From: Bryobacteraceae bacterium
GTDB lineage: Bacteria > Acidobacteriota > Terriglobia > Bryobacterales > Bryobacteraceae
Direction: 5' to 3'
DNA length: 64,000 bases
NCBI GenBank assembly: GCA_035505095.1
Contig: DATJRE010000239.1
Coordinates: 14,448-78,447, forward strand
How positions within the stretch are numbered: the first letter of the stretch is position 1; every line of letters begins with the position of its first letter. Of this stretch, positions 9,756-22,638 are shown one piece after another. The position numbers were made by a program, and so were the translations under genes. The notes below the pieces were generated by a model. The model saw only the letters and a list, made by a program, of their open reading frames with translations. It searched no databases and was not told the origin of the DNA.

Positions 9756-9780
9756 TGGTGCTCTCCACGGAGGTTAGCAG

Positions 9781-10947
9781 CTACGCCGCCAGCTTGCGCG
9801 CCTGCTTTTGGGCCATGCGGCTCCAGCGGGCCACCACACGGCGGCGGTAGCGTGGGGCGGTGCGGACGGCCTCCACGGCGGCGGCGAACATCTCGCGGGC
9901 CTGTGCGGTCTGGCCCAGGCGTTCCAGGGCTTCGCCAAAGTAGAAAAGGCCTTCGGGATCGTAGGGACGGCGATCGATATAGAGCGCCAGCTCGCGGCGG
10001 GCCTCCTCGACGCGGCCGAGCGCCAGGTACACCGAGCCCAACTCGCGGTGGACTTCGTTCTGCGAGTGCCGGTCGTCCTGCTGGAGCACGGTCTGGAAGC
10101 GGGCCAGGGCTTCCTCCAGATGACCCTGATCGCGGGCCATGCGGCCGAGTTGAAAATGGGAGTCGGTTTCGGTGGGATCGATGGCCACGGCGGCTTGAAA
10201 GCGCCGGATGGCCTCAGTGTACTGATGGCGCTGCTGGTAAATCAAGCCGAGCTGGTATTGCGCCTCGCCATCGTGGGGGTTGATGGCGGCGGCTTCCAGC
10301 ATGCGATGGAAATGCTGGCGGTTGCGCAGGCCGCCGCCCAGATTGCTGAGCTCGCCGCCCAGGTAGTAGAAGGCGTAGAACAGAAAGAACGGTGAGGCCG
10401 CCAGGCGTAGCAGCCAGGCCAGCGGCCCCCAGACGAACACCAGGGCCCCCAGCGGTATCCAGGACAGGCCGGTCACTGCCACGGCGGTCCCGTTTCCTAC
10501 CCCGAATACCGTGCGCACGGCCAGGAATACCAGCACTGCGAAATACGCCAGGGCCAGCGCGGCGATGATGAGGAAGACCTCGACCGTTCCCGTCCACGCG
10601 GCCAGGATCACGGGGACGACGGCCGCGCTGAAGGCCATGGCGATGCAGGTGAGTAGCGGCGAATAATCGCGCTGGAAGACCGAGCCGGCGCCCCCCAAAC
10701 GGCCCAGCAGCGCGGCCAGCAGCAGGAGACCGGGCACATAAACGCCCGCCAGGATGAGCAGCGGGGTATAAAAGCTGAGGGGGATCCGCAGCATCAGGCC
10801 GGAGTTCAGCACCAGCATCACGGCCAGCGCGGCCAGGCTGGCGTAGAGCAGGCTGCCGCGGTCGAGAATTTCCCCCATCGCCGCGCCGGGCTGCCACAAT
10901 AGACGCAGCAGCAGTTTTGACTGTTGGATCAAAGAGGAGGATACCAA
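9781..10947 (-). CDS. membrane protein with C-terminal TPR repeats
   Basis: N-terminal half is polytopic. C-terminal half has 3-4 TPR-like units (AQYQLGLIYQQRHQYTEAIRRFQAAVAIDP, SHFQLGRMARDQGHLEEALARF, ELGSVYLALGRVEEARREL). The start may be the internal ATG at 10878. Confidence 0.7.
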   Translation of the reverse strand: MVSSSLIQQSKLLLRLLWQPGAAMGEILDRGSLLYASLAALAVMLVLNSGLMLRIPLSFYTPLLILAGVYVPGLLLLAALLGRLGGAGSVFQRDYSPLLTCIAMAFSAAVVPVILAAWTGTVEVFLIIAALALAYFAVLVFLAVRTVFGVGNGTAVAVTGLSWIPLGALVFVWGPLAWLLRLAASPFFLFYAFYYLGGELSNLGGGLRNRQHFHRMLEAAAINPHDGEAQYQLGLIYQQRHQYTEAIRRFQAAVAIDPTETDSHFQLGRMARDQGHLEEALARFQTVLQQDDRHSQNEVHRELGSVYLALGRVEEARRELALYIDRRPYDPEGLFYFGEALERLGQTAQAREMFAAAVEAVRTAPRYRRRVVARWSRMAQKQARKLAA

Positions 10948-10952
10948 GTCTC

Positions 10953-12251
10953 ATGCTCCGCCGTTTACTCCTGCTGGTTTTGCTGGCCCTCCCTTTGGCG
11001 TCGCAAACCGCGGCTCCGCCGGCGCCGGGGCAGCCCGCGGCGCACGCCACGCCGCCCGTGAAGACGTACAGCCTGCCGCCCGATCAGTTGCACAAGGCCA
11101 TCGATTACGCCCGCGCGCGCAACTGGCTGCACTTCCTCAGCGCGGGCTATGGGATGGCGTTGTTGCTGTTGATCCTGGCCGCGAAAGTCACGCCGCGCCT
11201 GCGCACGTGGGCGGAGGGTGTCACCGGCGTGCGGTTCCTGCAGGCCTATTTGTTTGCACCCGTGCTCCTGCTAGTGACCGATGGGGCCGCGCTGCCGCTG
11301 GACCTCTACCAGCAGCACCTGTCGCTCGAATATCGGCAATCGGTGCAGGGCTGGGGGTCGTGGTTCTGGGATTGGACGAAGGGCGAACTGCTGGAATTCC
11401 TGTTGGCCGGTGTTCTGGTGTGGCTGTTCTATGGCGCGATCCGCCGCAGCCCGCGGCGGTGGTGGTTCTATTTCTGGCTGATGGCGGTGCCCATCGTCAT
11501 TTTCCTGATGTTCATCGAACCGCTGGTGATCGAGCCGTTGTTCTTCCAGTTCCAGCCGCTGGCCGCCAGGCAGCCCGCCCTGGTAGCCGAGATCGAAAAG
11601 GTGGTGGCGCGCGGCGGGCTGGCCATTCCCCCAGAGCGCATGTACGAGATGAAGGCCAGCGAGAAACTGCGGTCGCTGAACGCCGACGTGGAGGGGATTG
11701 GCGCTTCGAAGCGGGTAGTCGTTTGGGACACCACCATCCAGAAAATGACCACGGGCGAGATCCTGTTCGTCTTCGGGCACGAGATGGGGCACTATGTGCT
11801 GGGGCACAACCGCATCCTTGTGGGGATGACCTGCGGAACCATGCTGCTGTTCCTCTTCCTGGGCTATCATTCGGCGCGCTGGATGCTGCGGCGCTGGAGC
11901 GCCCGCTGGTCGATCCGCGGAATGGACGATTGGGCTTCCCTGCCGGTGATGCTGCTGTCGCTGGCGGTATTCGGATTCCTCTCCGAGCCGGTGCTCAACT
12001 CCGTCAGCCGGGTCCTGGAGCACAACGCGGATGTCTACGGGCTGGAGGTGATCCACGGAATCGTGCCGGATTCCTCGCAAGCCGCGGCCACCGCCTTTCA
12101 GATCCTGGGCGAGATTGCGCTGTCGGACCCCAATCCGAACGGATTTATCAAGTTCTGGCTGTACGACCATCCTCCCGTGAGCGACCGCGTGCGCTTCGCC
12201 GCCCAGTACGATCCGTGGAGCGCCGGGCGGCAACCGAAATACGTGAAATGA
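10953..12251 (+). CDS. M48 family (Ste24/HtpX-like) zinc metallopeptidase
   Basis: The ATG at 10953 follows AAAGAGGAGG. Signal/TM N-terminus. HEMGH zinc motif in FVFGHEMGHYVLGHN, with a downstream EHNADVYG glutamate. Confidence 0.85.
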   Translation: MLRRLLLLVLLALPLASQTAAPPAPGQPAAHATPPVKTYSLPPDQLHKAIDYARARNWLHFLSAGYGMALLLLILAAKVTPRLRTWAEGVTGVRFLQAYLFAPVLLLVTDGAALPLDLYQQHLSLEYRQSVQGWGSWFWDWTKGELLEFLLAGVLVWLFYGAIRRSPRRWWFYFWLMAVPIVIFLMFIEPLVIEPLFFQFQPLAARQPALVAEIEKVVARGGLAIPPERMYEMKASEKLRSLNADVEGIGASKRVVVWDTTIQKMTTGEILFVFGHEMGHYVLGHNRILVGMTCGTMLLFLFLGYHSARWMLRRWSARWSIRGMDDWASLPVMLLSLAVFGFLSEPVLNSVSRVLEHNADVYGLEVIHGIVPDSSQAAATAFQILGEIALSDPNPNGFIKFWLYDHPPVSDRVRFAAQYDPWSAGRQPKYVK

Positions 12252-12268
12252 AGGTGCTGCCGCTTGCC

Positions 12269-12290
12269 CCGGCGCGCAGAACGCCGGTTT
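12269..12290. terminator. short GC hairpin plus T-run between convergent genes
   Basis: CCGGCG-cgcagaa-CGCCGG followed by TTTAGTTT. Lies between the M48 stop (12251) and the HDOD stop (12289). Confidence 0.3.
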
Positions 12291-13131
12291 AGTTTGGAGC
12301 ATTGGCCAGAAGACCGTCGATCCTGGCTTTGGCAGCCTCGGGCTGCTCGGCGAGCCAGGAGGACCGCGTATCGGGGAGCATCGCGATCAGCTCGTCCCAC
12401 GTCCAACAACGGCTCGGAGAAAAGGCGGCGTAGCCGAGGACATCCGCCAGGCGCCAGCTCACCTGGATAAGGTTGTCCAGGCTGGCTTCGCCGGGAACCG
12501 GCTCGTCATGATGGGTGGCAATGGCCGCGGCCAGTTCGTCGGGGAAGTCCCAATCCTGCGCCAGATAAGCGCCCGCGGCGCAATGATCGATTTCGAACAG
12601 ATCACGTTCGGTCAGCAGCAGATCGAAGCCGAAATCGTCGGAGACTTCCAGCATGCGCGAGTATTCGTCGGGATAGGCCGACATCAGGCCCAGCGTACCC
12701 AGGTTGTGCAGCAGACCGGTGGTGTAGGCGGTGTCGCGATCCACCCGCGCGATGCGGGCGGCTTCCTCGGCAATGAGTGCGGTTACCAGGCTATGGAGCC
12801 AGACTTTGCGCAAGGCCGTGATGCGTACCGAGGAGCGGACCATGCGGTTCAGCGCGACCATGGTCGCCATTGTCTTAATGCGGTCGGTTCCGACCGTCAG
12901 GATGGCTTGGGCGAGGCTGGTCACCTCGCGGCGAAGCCCAAACAGCGCAGAGTTGGCGAAACGAAGCAACTCCGCCGAAAAAGAGGGATCCATTTTGACC
13001 AGGTCCCCCAGCTCGCGTGGGTCTACGTCTTCCTTACTGACCAAGGCAAGGATGCGGTGGGCAACCGCAGGAAATGGCGGCACCAGGCGGAGCGCCCATG
13101 GCGCTTGGGGACGGGCTACAAGTTCGGTCAT
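12289..13131 (-). CDS. HDOD domain-containing signalling protein
   Basis: LVPPFPAVAHRILALVSKEDVDPRELGDLVKMDPSFSAELLRFANSALFG ... LHNLGTLGL ... HCAAGAYLAQDWDFP ... IATHHDEP. The start is taken at ATG 13131 rather than 13308. Confidence 0.8.
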   Translation of the reverse strand: MTELVARPQAPWALRLVPPFPAVAHRILALVSKEDVDPRELGDLVKMDPSFSAELLRFANSALFGLRREVTSLAQAILTVGTDRIKTMATMVALNRMVRSSVRITALRKVWLHSLVTALIAEEAARIARVDRDTAYTTGLLHNLGTLGLMSAYPDEYSRMLEVSDDFGFDLLLTERDLFEIDHCAAGAYLAQDWDFPDELAAAIATHHDEPVPGEASLDNLIQVSWRLADVLGYAAFSPSRCWTWDELIAMLPDTRSSWLAEQPEAAKARIDGLLANAPN

Positions 13132-13287
13132 TTTACACACTCCGAGTATCCTATCGGCGGAAACCGCTTCGAACATTAGGGGAGTCAGGCAAATTCGGTG
13201 AAAATTGAAGGAGACATCCGCAGGCGAAGGCTGCCAGCACCCGATGGCTTTCCAAGGCCCGAAAACCGCGCCAAGCCTTCGACCGCA

Positions 13288-13329
13288 GCTCCGCTCCCTT
13301 TCGGTCACAGCTCTGACTCGGAGCGGAGC
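13288..13329 (-). other. 10-bp perfect inverted repeat (stem-loop) in the gap between the beta-propeller gene and the HDOD gene
   Basis: GCTCCGCTCC (13288-13297) pairs with GGAGCGGAGC (13320-13329). The 22-nt loop contains a nested GTCA/TGAC stem. No U-tract follows. Confidence 0.3.
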
Positions 13330-13401
13330 CGCGGGCGTCGAATAGGTGGGGAACCAAATCGCGCGGTCTCAGACTAGAGCCGTGCGCCGGCGCGACCGCC
13401 C

Positions 13402-14493
13402 TCAATGCTGCAAGTCGCCCGCCTTTTCGGGAATGCCGGGCTGGTCCAGGAATTGGGCGGTGGTCGCCGGGCCGAGATCCTTCCAATCCTGCAATACCCA
13501 AACCACCTTCTTCTCGCGAGTCACTTCCACCGCCTGGATGATGTTGGGGCGATCGTTCGGCTTGGTGCCGCCGGTGGAGCTGAAGACCACGGTATCGCCG
13601 TTGGCCAGGCGGTCGGCGGTTTGCGGGTTGTGCAGCACGATGTCCGCGGGCAGGTCGGATTGCTTCAGCTCCCACACCGCCTCACCCTTTGGGTTGACCT
13701 CGCGCACCAGCCGGTCGTGCTCGTCGGTAATCAAAGTGTTGCCGTTGTGCAGGCGGACGGCCGCCCAGGGGGTCGCAATCTGGTAAGTCCAGATGGGCTT
13801 GAAATCGCGATCGTACTCCACCACCTTGTTCAGCTTGAGAAACGGAAGCAGGTAGGTGCCCGCCGCAGTCACGCGTCCGCGGCGAAACTGCGCGTGCACG
13901 GTTTTGGTATCGACGAAGCTTTCGGCCGGCAGATCGTGCTCTTCTTCGGTCTCGCCGTTGCGTTTGTTGAGGAGCATCAGTTTGGGCGGCAGGCCGTTGC
14001 GGACGATCATGACCTTGTCCAGGCCGAGCGGCTGGCAGGTGTGGACTTCGGTGCCGGGGGGCGCATCGTAGTGCCACACCACTTCCTTATCCGGGGTCAC
14101 CTCCAGCACGTGATATTGCTGGGCAAACAGGACGTGGCCGTTTGTGAGCATCCAGACGTCGTCGATCTCGCCGCGTCCGGAAGGGGAATAGGTCCACACG
14201 ACCTTGCCGTGGTTCACCAGGAAAACGCTGTTGTAGCCCTCGCCGGCATAGAGCATGGGATGCTCGGCGAGGCCGCGGCCGGGGCGCGCGGGGAGGGTGG
14301 TTGGTTGAGGCCAGTTGCGCGAGGGCAATCCTTCCGACGGACTCATCGCCGGAATGCCAGGAGCCACGAACTGGTCCAACAGGGCGAGCATGGGGGATCC
14401 GGACGCATCGGCAGCCAGGGCGGGCGGATGGAAGGCGCTGACGCAACCGATGGCGCAGCACATCAGGCACAGAACGGAGAACCGGGAATGCAT
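13402..14493 (-). CDS. secreted beta-propeller-like (PQQ-repeat-like) protein
   Basis: Signal peptide MHSRFSVLCLMCCAIGCVSA. Repeated V(V)W..-type strands (GKVVWTY, KEVVWHY, FKPIWTY, GEAVWEL, KKVVWVL) at about 45-55 aa spacing. Confidence 0.55.
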   Translation of the reverse strand: MHSRFSVLCLMCCAIGCVSAFHPPALAADASGSPMLALLDQFVAPGIPAMSPSEGLPSRNWPQPTTLPARPGRGLAEHPMLYAGEGYNSVFLVNHGKVVWTYSPSGRGEIDDVWMLTNGHVLFAQQYHVLEVTPDKEVVWHYDAPPGTEVHTCQPLGLDKVMIVRNGLPPKLMLLNKRNGETEEEHDLPAESFVDTKTVHAQFRRGRVTAAGTYLLPFLKLNKVVEYDRDFKPIWTYQIATPWAAVRLHNGNTLITDEHDRLVREVNPKGEAVWELKQSDLPADIVLHNPQTADRLANGDTVVFSSTGGTKPNDRPNIIQAVEVTREKKVVWVLQDWKDLGPATTAQFLDQPGIPEKAGDLQH

Positions 14494-14577
14494 AGCGATC
14501 TTGTACCAGGATAGAAAAACCGGCAGGCGGATGCATGCCCAGCCCTGACAAACGGCGGTATAACGCGCCGGCCGGGG

Positions 14578-14826
14578 GGCGAATCGGCGCGGTGCGCGTC
14601 GGCGCGGCGGGGTGGTGCGCGTCGGCGCCGGGAGACGATAGAATCGGCGCCGGCAGGCGGTGCGAGTCGGTGCCAGCAGCGGGCGAGGGGTCGGCGCGGG
14701 GGCTTATGCGAGTCGGCGCCGGGATGTGGTGCGCGTCGGCGCCGGGAGGCGGTGAAAATCGGCGCAGGCGCCCGTGAGAATCGGCTTTGGCAACCGGTAA
14801 GAATCGTCGTGGGCACTTGAGAACGG
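14578..14826. repeat. degenerate tandem array, about 11 units with a 22-24 bp period, core (A/G)(A/G)TCGGCGC
   Basis: TCGGCGC or near-variants start at 14584, 14599, 14622, 14644, 14667, 14691, 14713, 14736, 14759, 14781 and 14804. Spacings are 15, 23, 22, 23, 24, 22, 23, 23, 22, 23. Confidence 0.75.
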
Positions 14827-14940
14827 CTTATAGAAGTCCCCTTCCGCGCCCGCTCCGTGTGCGAACCGCCCGGCCCTCCCGGAACTCCACCGGGGCAATG
14901 ATATCCTCGAAGTAGCCACGGACGGGGACGGACAGGAGGG

Positions 14941-15777
14941 ATGGGATTGCCGAAGGCGTTGCGGCGAATCGGATACGGCCTCTGCTGCCTCGGGCTGGTG
15001 TATGCCTTCCAGCGGCCGTTCCGGGAACTGCCCGGCATCGAGTATCGCCTGGGGCAGATTCCCCTGCCGCCGGATTACCAGGAAAAGACCGAGTGGGCCT
15101 TCGCGCGCCTAATGTTTCCGCCTGGCCCGCTGAACGGTTATGAAGGCCGCGATCTGGACTGGCACACCGGTATTTCCCTGTGGAGCCAGGATTTTCCACG
15201 CGCCGACCGGCATTTCGCCCTGGCCGTCCGCCGCCTGACGCGGCTGCACGTCCGCTCCGTCGAGCAGATCGTCAACCTGGATGAAGGCGACGAGTTCGAT
15301 TGGCCATGGCTCTACGCCGTGCAGGTGGGCGAGTGGGGTCTGACCGACCAGCAGGGCCAGGCGTTGCGCGAATACCTGCTGCGCGGCGGCTTCTTCATGG
15401 CCGACGATTTCCACGGCAACGAGGAGTGGTACGAATTCGCGTCGCGCATGAAGAAGGCCTTCCCCGACCGGCAGATTGTCGATATACCGGACGACGACCC
15501 GATCTTCCACATCGTCTATGACCTCGACCAGAAGTATCAGCTTCCGGGCGAGGCCCACCTCCGGGCCGGCTACAAGAGCGTGAACGGCCCCAGCGCCCTG
15601 GGCGCCCATTGGCGAGGAATTTACGACGATAAGGGCCGCATCATGGTGGCCATCAGTTACAACTCGGATGTGGGCGATGCCTGGGAGTGGGCCGACGATC
15701 CGTACTATCCCGAGCGTTTCTCCGACCTGGCGATCCGTCTGGGAGTGAACTACATCCTGTACTCGATGACCCACTGA
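14941..15777 (+). CDS. DUF4159 domain-containing protein
   Basis: The ATG follows GGACAGGAGGG. Motifs match my memory of DUF4159: DWHTGISLWSQDFPRADRHF ... WPWLYAVQVGEWGLTDQQGQALREYLLRGGFFMADDFHG ... VAISYNSDVGDAWEW. Confidence 0.75.
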   Translation: MGLPKALRRIGYGLCCLGLVYAFQRPFRELPGIEYRLGQIPLPPDYQEKTEWAFARLMFPPGPLNGYEGRDLDWHTGISLWSQDFPRADRHFALAVRRLTRLHVRSVEQIVNLDEGDEFDWPWLYAVQVGEWGLTDQQGQALREYLLRGGFFMADDFHGNEEWYEFASRMKKAFPDRQIVDIPDDDPIFHIVYDLDQKYQLPGEAHLRAGYKSVNGPSALGAHWRGIYDDKGRIMVAISYNSDVGDAWEWADDPYYPERFSDLAIRLGVNYILYSMTH

Positions 15778-15795
15778 GGTCCCGCCTCAGTGGGT
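15769..15795. terminator. 11-bp perfect hairpin spanning the stop codons of two convergent genes (possible bidirectional terminator)
   Basis: ACCCACTGAGG-tcccg-CCTCAGTGGGT. Each arm contains ACC-CAC-TGA (Thr-His-stop) of one gene. Confidence 0.4.
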
Positions 15796-18138
15796 AATCA
15801 GCGCCTTCACCTTTTCGGCCAGGGCGGAGGCCGTATAGGGCTTCTGAATAAATCCGGCCAGCCCTTTGCCCGCGAAACGCTGCACCGCCTCCACCTCGTT
15901 ATAGCCGCTGGTCAGCAGCACGCGGACGCCGGGGTCGAGGACCTGCAGGTGCGTGAGGGTTTCCTCGCCGTTCATCACCGGCATGGTCAGATCCAGCAGG
16001 ACCAGTGCGATGGCATCGGGTTGGCCGCGATAGCATTCCAGGGCCTCGGCTCCGTTGCTCGCCAGCATCACCTGGTAGCCGTAGCGCTGCAAGGTCAGGC
16101 GCGCGGTCTGCCGCACCAGGTCTTCGTCGTCCACCACAAGGATGGTGCCGGTTCCGCCCAGGTTGCCTGTGACGGCTCTGGGCGCGGCGCTCACCGGATT
16201 GGCGGAGGCCGGCAGCAGCACCTTGAGGGTGGTGCCCTGTTCCGGCTTGCTGTAAACCTTGATGGCCCCCTGGTGTGCGCGCACGATACCCAGCACGGCG
16301 GAAAGGCCCAGCCCGCGCCCGGCGAACTTGGTGGTGAAGAACGGGTCGAACATACGCGCCAGAGTCTCCTGTTCCATCCCGCAGCCGGTATCGTGGACCT
16401 CCAGCATGACGTAGGAACCGGGGCGTAAGACCTCGCCGGCCGACGACATGGTGGCGATATAAGCCTCGTCCACCTCCTCCACGCCGGTCAGCACCAGCAC
16501 CGAGCCGCCCTCCGCTCCAATGGCCTCGGCGCCGTTGATCACCAGGTTCATGACGATCTGCTGCAACTGGCCGGGGTCGGCGTCGATGCCTGGAAGTCGG
16601 CTGTGGAGCTGCAGGTGAAGCTGGACGTTCTTGGGGATGGAGGTCAGCAGCAGGCCGCGGATTTCGCGCACCACGGCCGAAAGATCGATGGTGCGCATGA
16701 TAAAGCGGCCTTTGCCGGCATAGGCAAGCAATTGGCGGGTAAGATCGGCGGCGCGTTCGCTGGCTCGCATGACTTCTTCCAGAAACTGGCGCTGGGGATG
16801 GTGCGGGGGCACGCTTTCCAGGGCCAGGCTGGTGTTGCCCAGGATGCCGGTGAGCAGATTGTTGAAATCGTGGGCCACCCCGCCTGCCAGCACGCCCAGG
16901 CTCTCCAGTTTCTGGGTGTGGCGGAGCTGTTCCTCGATGCGCAGCCGCTCAGTGACATCGGTGTTGATCTGCAGGGTGCCCTGGAACTGGCCGGAGGAGC
17001 CCAGGCGCACGGCCCACCGGCTGCTCACTTTGAGGGTCGTGCCATCCTTGCGCACATGCGTCAACTGGCCTTCCCAGTGGCCTTCGGTGGCCACTTTGCG
17101 GCGGATTTCGTCGAGCAAAATGGGGAATTCGGTGTGCAGCAGGTCCTGCGAGACGCGGCCGACAGCCTCTTCGCGGGTCCAGCCGTACATGCGCGCGGCG
17201 CCCTGGCTCCAGAACTGGATGGTTTCCGTGCGGTCCAGAGAGATGATCGCGTCGTGGGCCAAATCGAGTAATTGGGCCTGCTCGCGGAGGCTTTCCTCAT
17301 CCAGCTTGCGGCGGGTGATGTCGGCCACCACGGCGCTGATGTGGGCGGGCTTGCCATCCACGTTGCGGTGGCAGCGGGCCTGCGCCCACAGCCAGTGCAG
17401 GCTGCCATCGGGCCACAGGACGCGGAATTCCGCCTCCGCCTGCCCGCGGGTGAGGATGCCGCGGAGCTGGTCGCCGACGGGCCGCCGGTCTTCCGGATGC
17501 ACGCGGCCGAGCAGGATGTGGTAATCCCAGTGGGGAATGGCGTCGTGGAAACCGAAGATCTGGTCGTGTTTAAGCGAGCGGGTGCTGGTATCGCGGGCGA
17601 TATCGTAATCGATGTAGCCGATGTCAGCCGAATCTAACACAAAACGCAGGCGGTCTTCGGCCTCGCGGTAAGCCAGGGCGGAGGTGAGCGCTTCCTGGGA
17701 GCGTTCGCGCACGCGGGCTTCCAGTTCCTCGGCGGTGCGGCGCAGGGCGGCCTCGCGGCGATGGCGGACCTGCGAGATACGGCTGATCAGAAGCGAAACC
17801 ACCAGCGCCAGGCCGAAGCGGAACAACTCGCCGCTCACAGACCGGTTAGAGGATGGGCGGAGGCGCGGCAGCCCCAGGGTAACGGCCGCCGAGACCAGAA
17901 TGCCGGGGCCGTATCCCAGCCAGGCCGACGCCAGGATGGTCAGCAGAAAAACCATCACCAGCAAACCCAGCAGCAGAGCCGGGAGGCGCGGGCCGAATAG
18001 CGTGTAGCCCACTTCGGTCAGACCCATCAAAGCCGCCACGCTGCCAAGCGACAAAGCGTAGGGCCGGATGGGGCGGGGAAATGCCCGCAAGGCGGTTTGT
18101 TCCAACGAATTGGCGAATGATCGCAGCCCGGCTAACAC
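15787..18138 (-). CDS. hybrid sensor histidine kinase/response regulator (TM, PAS x2, HisKA, HATPase_c, REC)
   Basis: GTG start preceded by GAGGAGG. H-box GGVAHDFNNLLTGILG. N/G boxes VMNLVINGAEA and DTGCGM...GRGLGLS. C-terminal receiver ILVVDDEDLV...LLDLTMPVMNG. Confidence 0.9.
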   Translation of the reverse strand: MLAGLRSFANSLEQTALRAFPRPIRPYALSLGSVAALMGLTEVGYTLFGPRLPALLLGLLVMVFLLTILASAWLGYGPGILVSAAVTLGLPRLRPSSNRSVSGELFRFGLALVVSLLISRISQVRHRREAALRRTAEELEARVRERSQEALTSALAYREAEDRLRFVLDSADIGYIDYDIARDTSTRSLKHDQIFGFHDAIPHWDYHILLGRVHPEDRRPVGDQLRGILTRGQAEAEFRVLWPDGSLHWLWAQARCHRNVDGKPAHISAVVADITRRKLDEESLREQAQLLDLAHDAIISLDRTETIQFWSQGAARMYGWTREEAVGRVSQDLLHTEFPILLDEIRRKVATEGHWEGQLTHVRKDGTTLKVSSRWAVRLGSSGQFQGTLQINTDVTERLRIEEQLRHTQKLESLGVLAGGVAHDFNNLLTGILGNTSLALESVPPHHPQRQFLEEVMRASERAADLTRQLLAYAGKGRFIMRTIDLSAVVREIRGLLLTSIPKNVQLHLQLHSRLPGIDADPGQLQQIVMNLVINGAEAIGAEGGSVLVLTGVEEVDEAYIATMSSAGEVLRPGSYVMLEVHDTGCGMEQETLARMFDPFFTTKFAGRGLGLSAVLGIVRAHQGAIKVYSKPEQGTTLKVLLPASANPVSAAPRAVTGNLGGTGTILVVDDEDLVRQTARLTLQRYGYQVMLASNGAEALECYRGQPDAIALVLLDLTMPVMNGEETLTHLQVLDPGVRVLLTSGYNEVEAVQRFAGKGLAGFIQKPYTASALAEKVKALITH

Positions 18139-18168
18139 CAGTCCTCCTCTGGGGGGCCTACTCGGAGT

Positions 18169-18681
18169 TTAACCCGGCAGCGGCAGGAGTGTCGCGTCTG
18201 GGCGCTCCAGCGCCAGCAGGCGATTTTTGAGGGGCAGGCCGCCGCCATAGCCCACCAGCTTGCCATTCGCGCCGATCACCCGATGGCAGGGCACCACGAT
18301 GGGGAGGGGATTGGCGCCGTTGGCGGCGCCCACGGCGCGCACTGCCGAGGGGCGGCCGATGGCTTGGGCAATCGCGGAATAGGTACACGTCTGGCCGTAA
18401 GGGACGGTTTGCACCTGGCGCCAGACCTGGATTTGGAAATCCGTGCCGGCGAGGTCCAGGGGCAAATGGAACTCCCGCAGACGGCCGGCGAAGTAGGCGC
18501 GCAACTGGGACACGGCCTCGGCGAGCAGCGGATTGGGGCTGGCGCCGGCCTCGGAAAGCGCCTCCGCGGGCGCCGCGGCGGTCCCTGGGCGATCGAACTG
18601 AATGCCCCGTAAGCCTTTGGCGGAAGCGGAGATGCGCAGGGTGAGCGACTCGGCCACCTGCACTTCAATGGATTCCAGCAT
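18169..18681 (-). CDS. ogt: methylated-DNA--protein-cysteine methyltransferase
   Basis: 170 aa from MLESIEV. Active-site PCHRV in NPLPIVVPCHRVIGANGKLVGYGGGL, preceded by TYSAIAQAIGRPSAVRAVGAANGAN. This is the 3' part of the artefactual 1580-aa ORF. Confidence 0.9.
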   Translation of the reverse strand: MLESIEVQVAESLTLRISASAKGLRGIQFDRPGTAAAPAEALSEAGASPNPLLAEAVSQLRAYFAGRLREFHLPLDLAGTDFQIQVWRQVQTVPYGQTCTYSAIAQAIGRPSAVRAVGAANGANPLPIVVPCHRVIGANGKLVGYGGGLPLKNRLLALERPDATLLPLPG

Positions 18682-18690
18682 GAGAACAGG

Positions 18691-22614
<3,924 letters not shown>

Positions 22615-22638
22615 ACGAGACGAAAGGGGGATCAGACG

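Noticed and set aside
14535-14777. 80-aa ORF (and the minus-strand ORF 14463..15038) crossing the tandem array, which gives repeated peptide VGA.GWCASAPG
   Set aside because: The peptide periodicity only mirrors the 23-bp DNA repeat, which is not a multiple of 3 and so drifts in frame. There is no SD, and the composition is Arg/Gly/Ala junk.
14578-14826. Possible CRISPR array
   Set aside because: The period is only ~23 bp. There is no alternation of conserved repeats with unique spacers. Conservation is limited to a ~9-12 nt core. No cas genes are present in the window.
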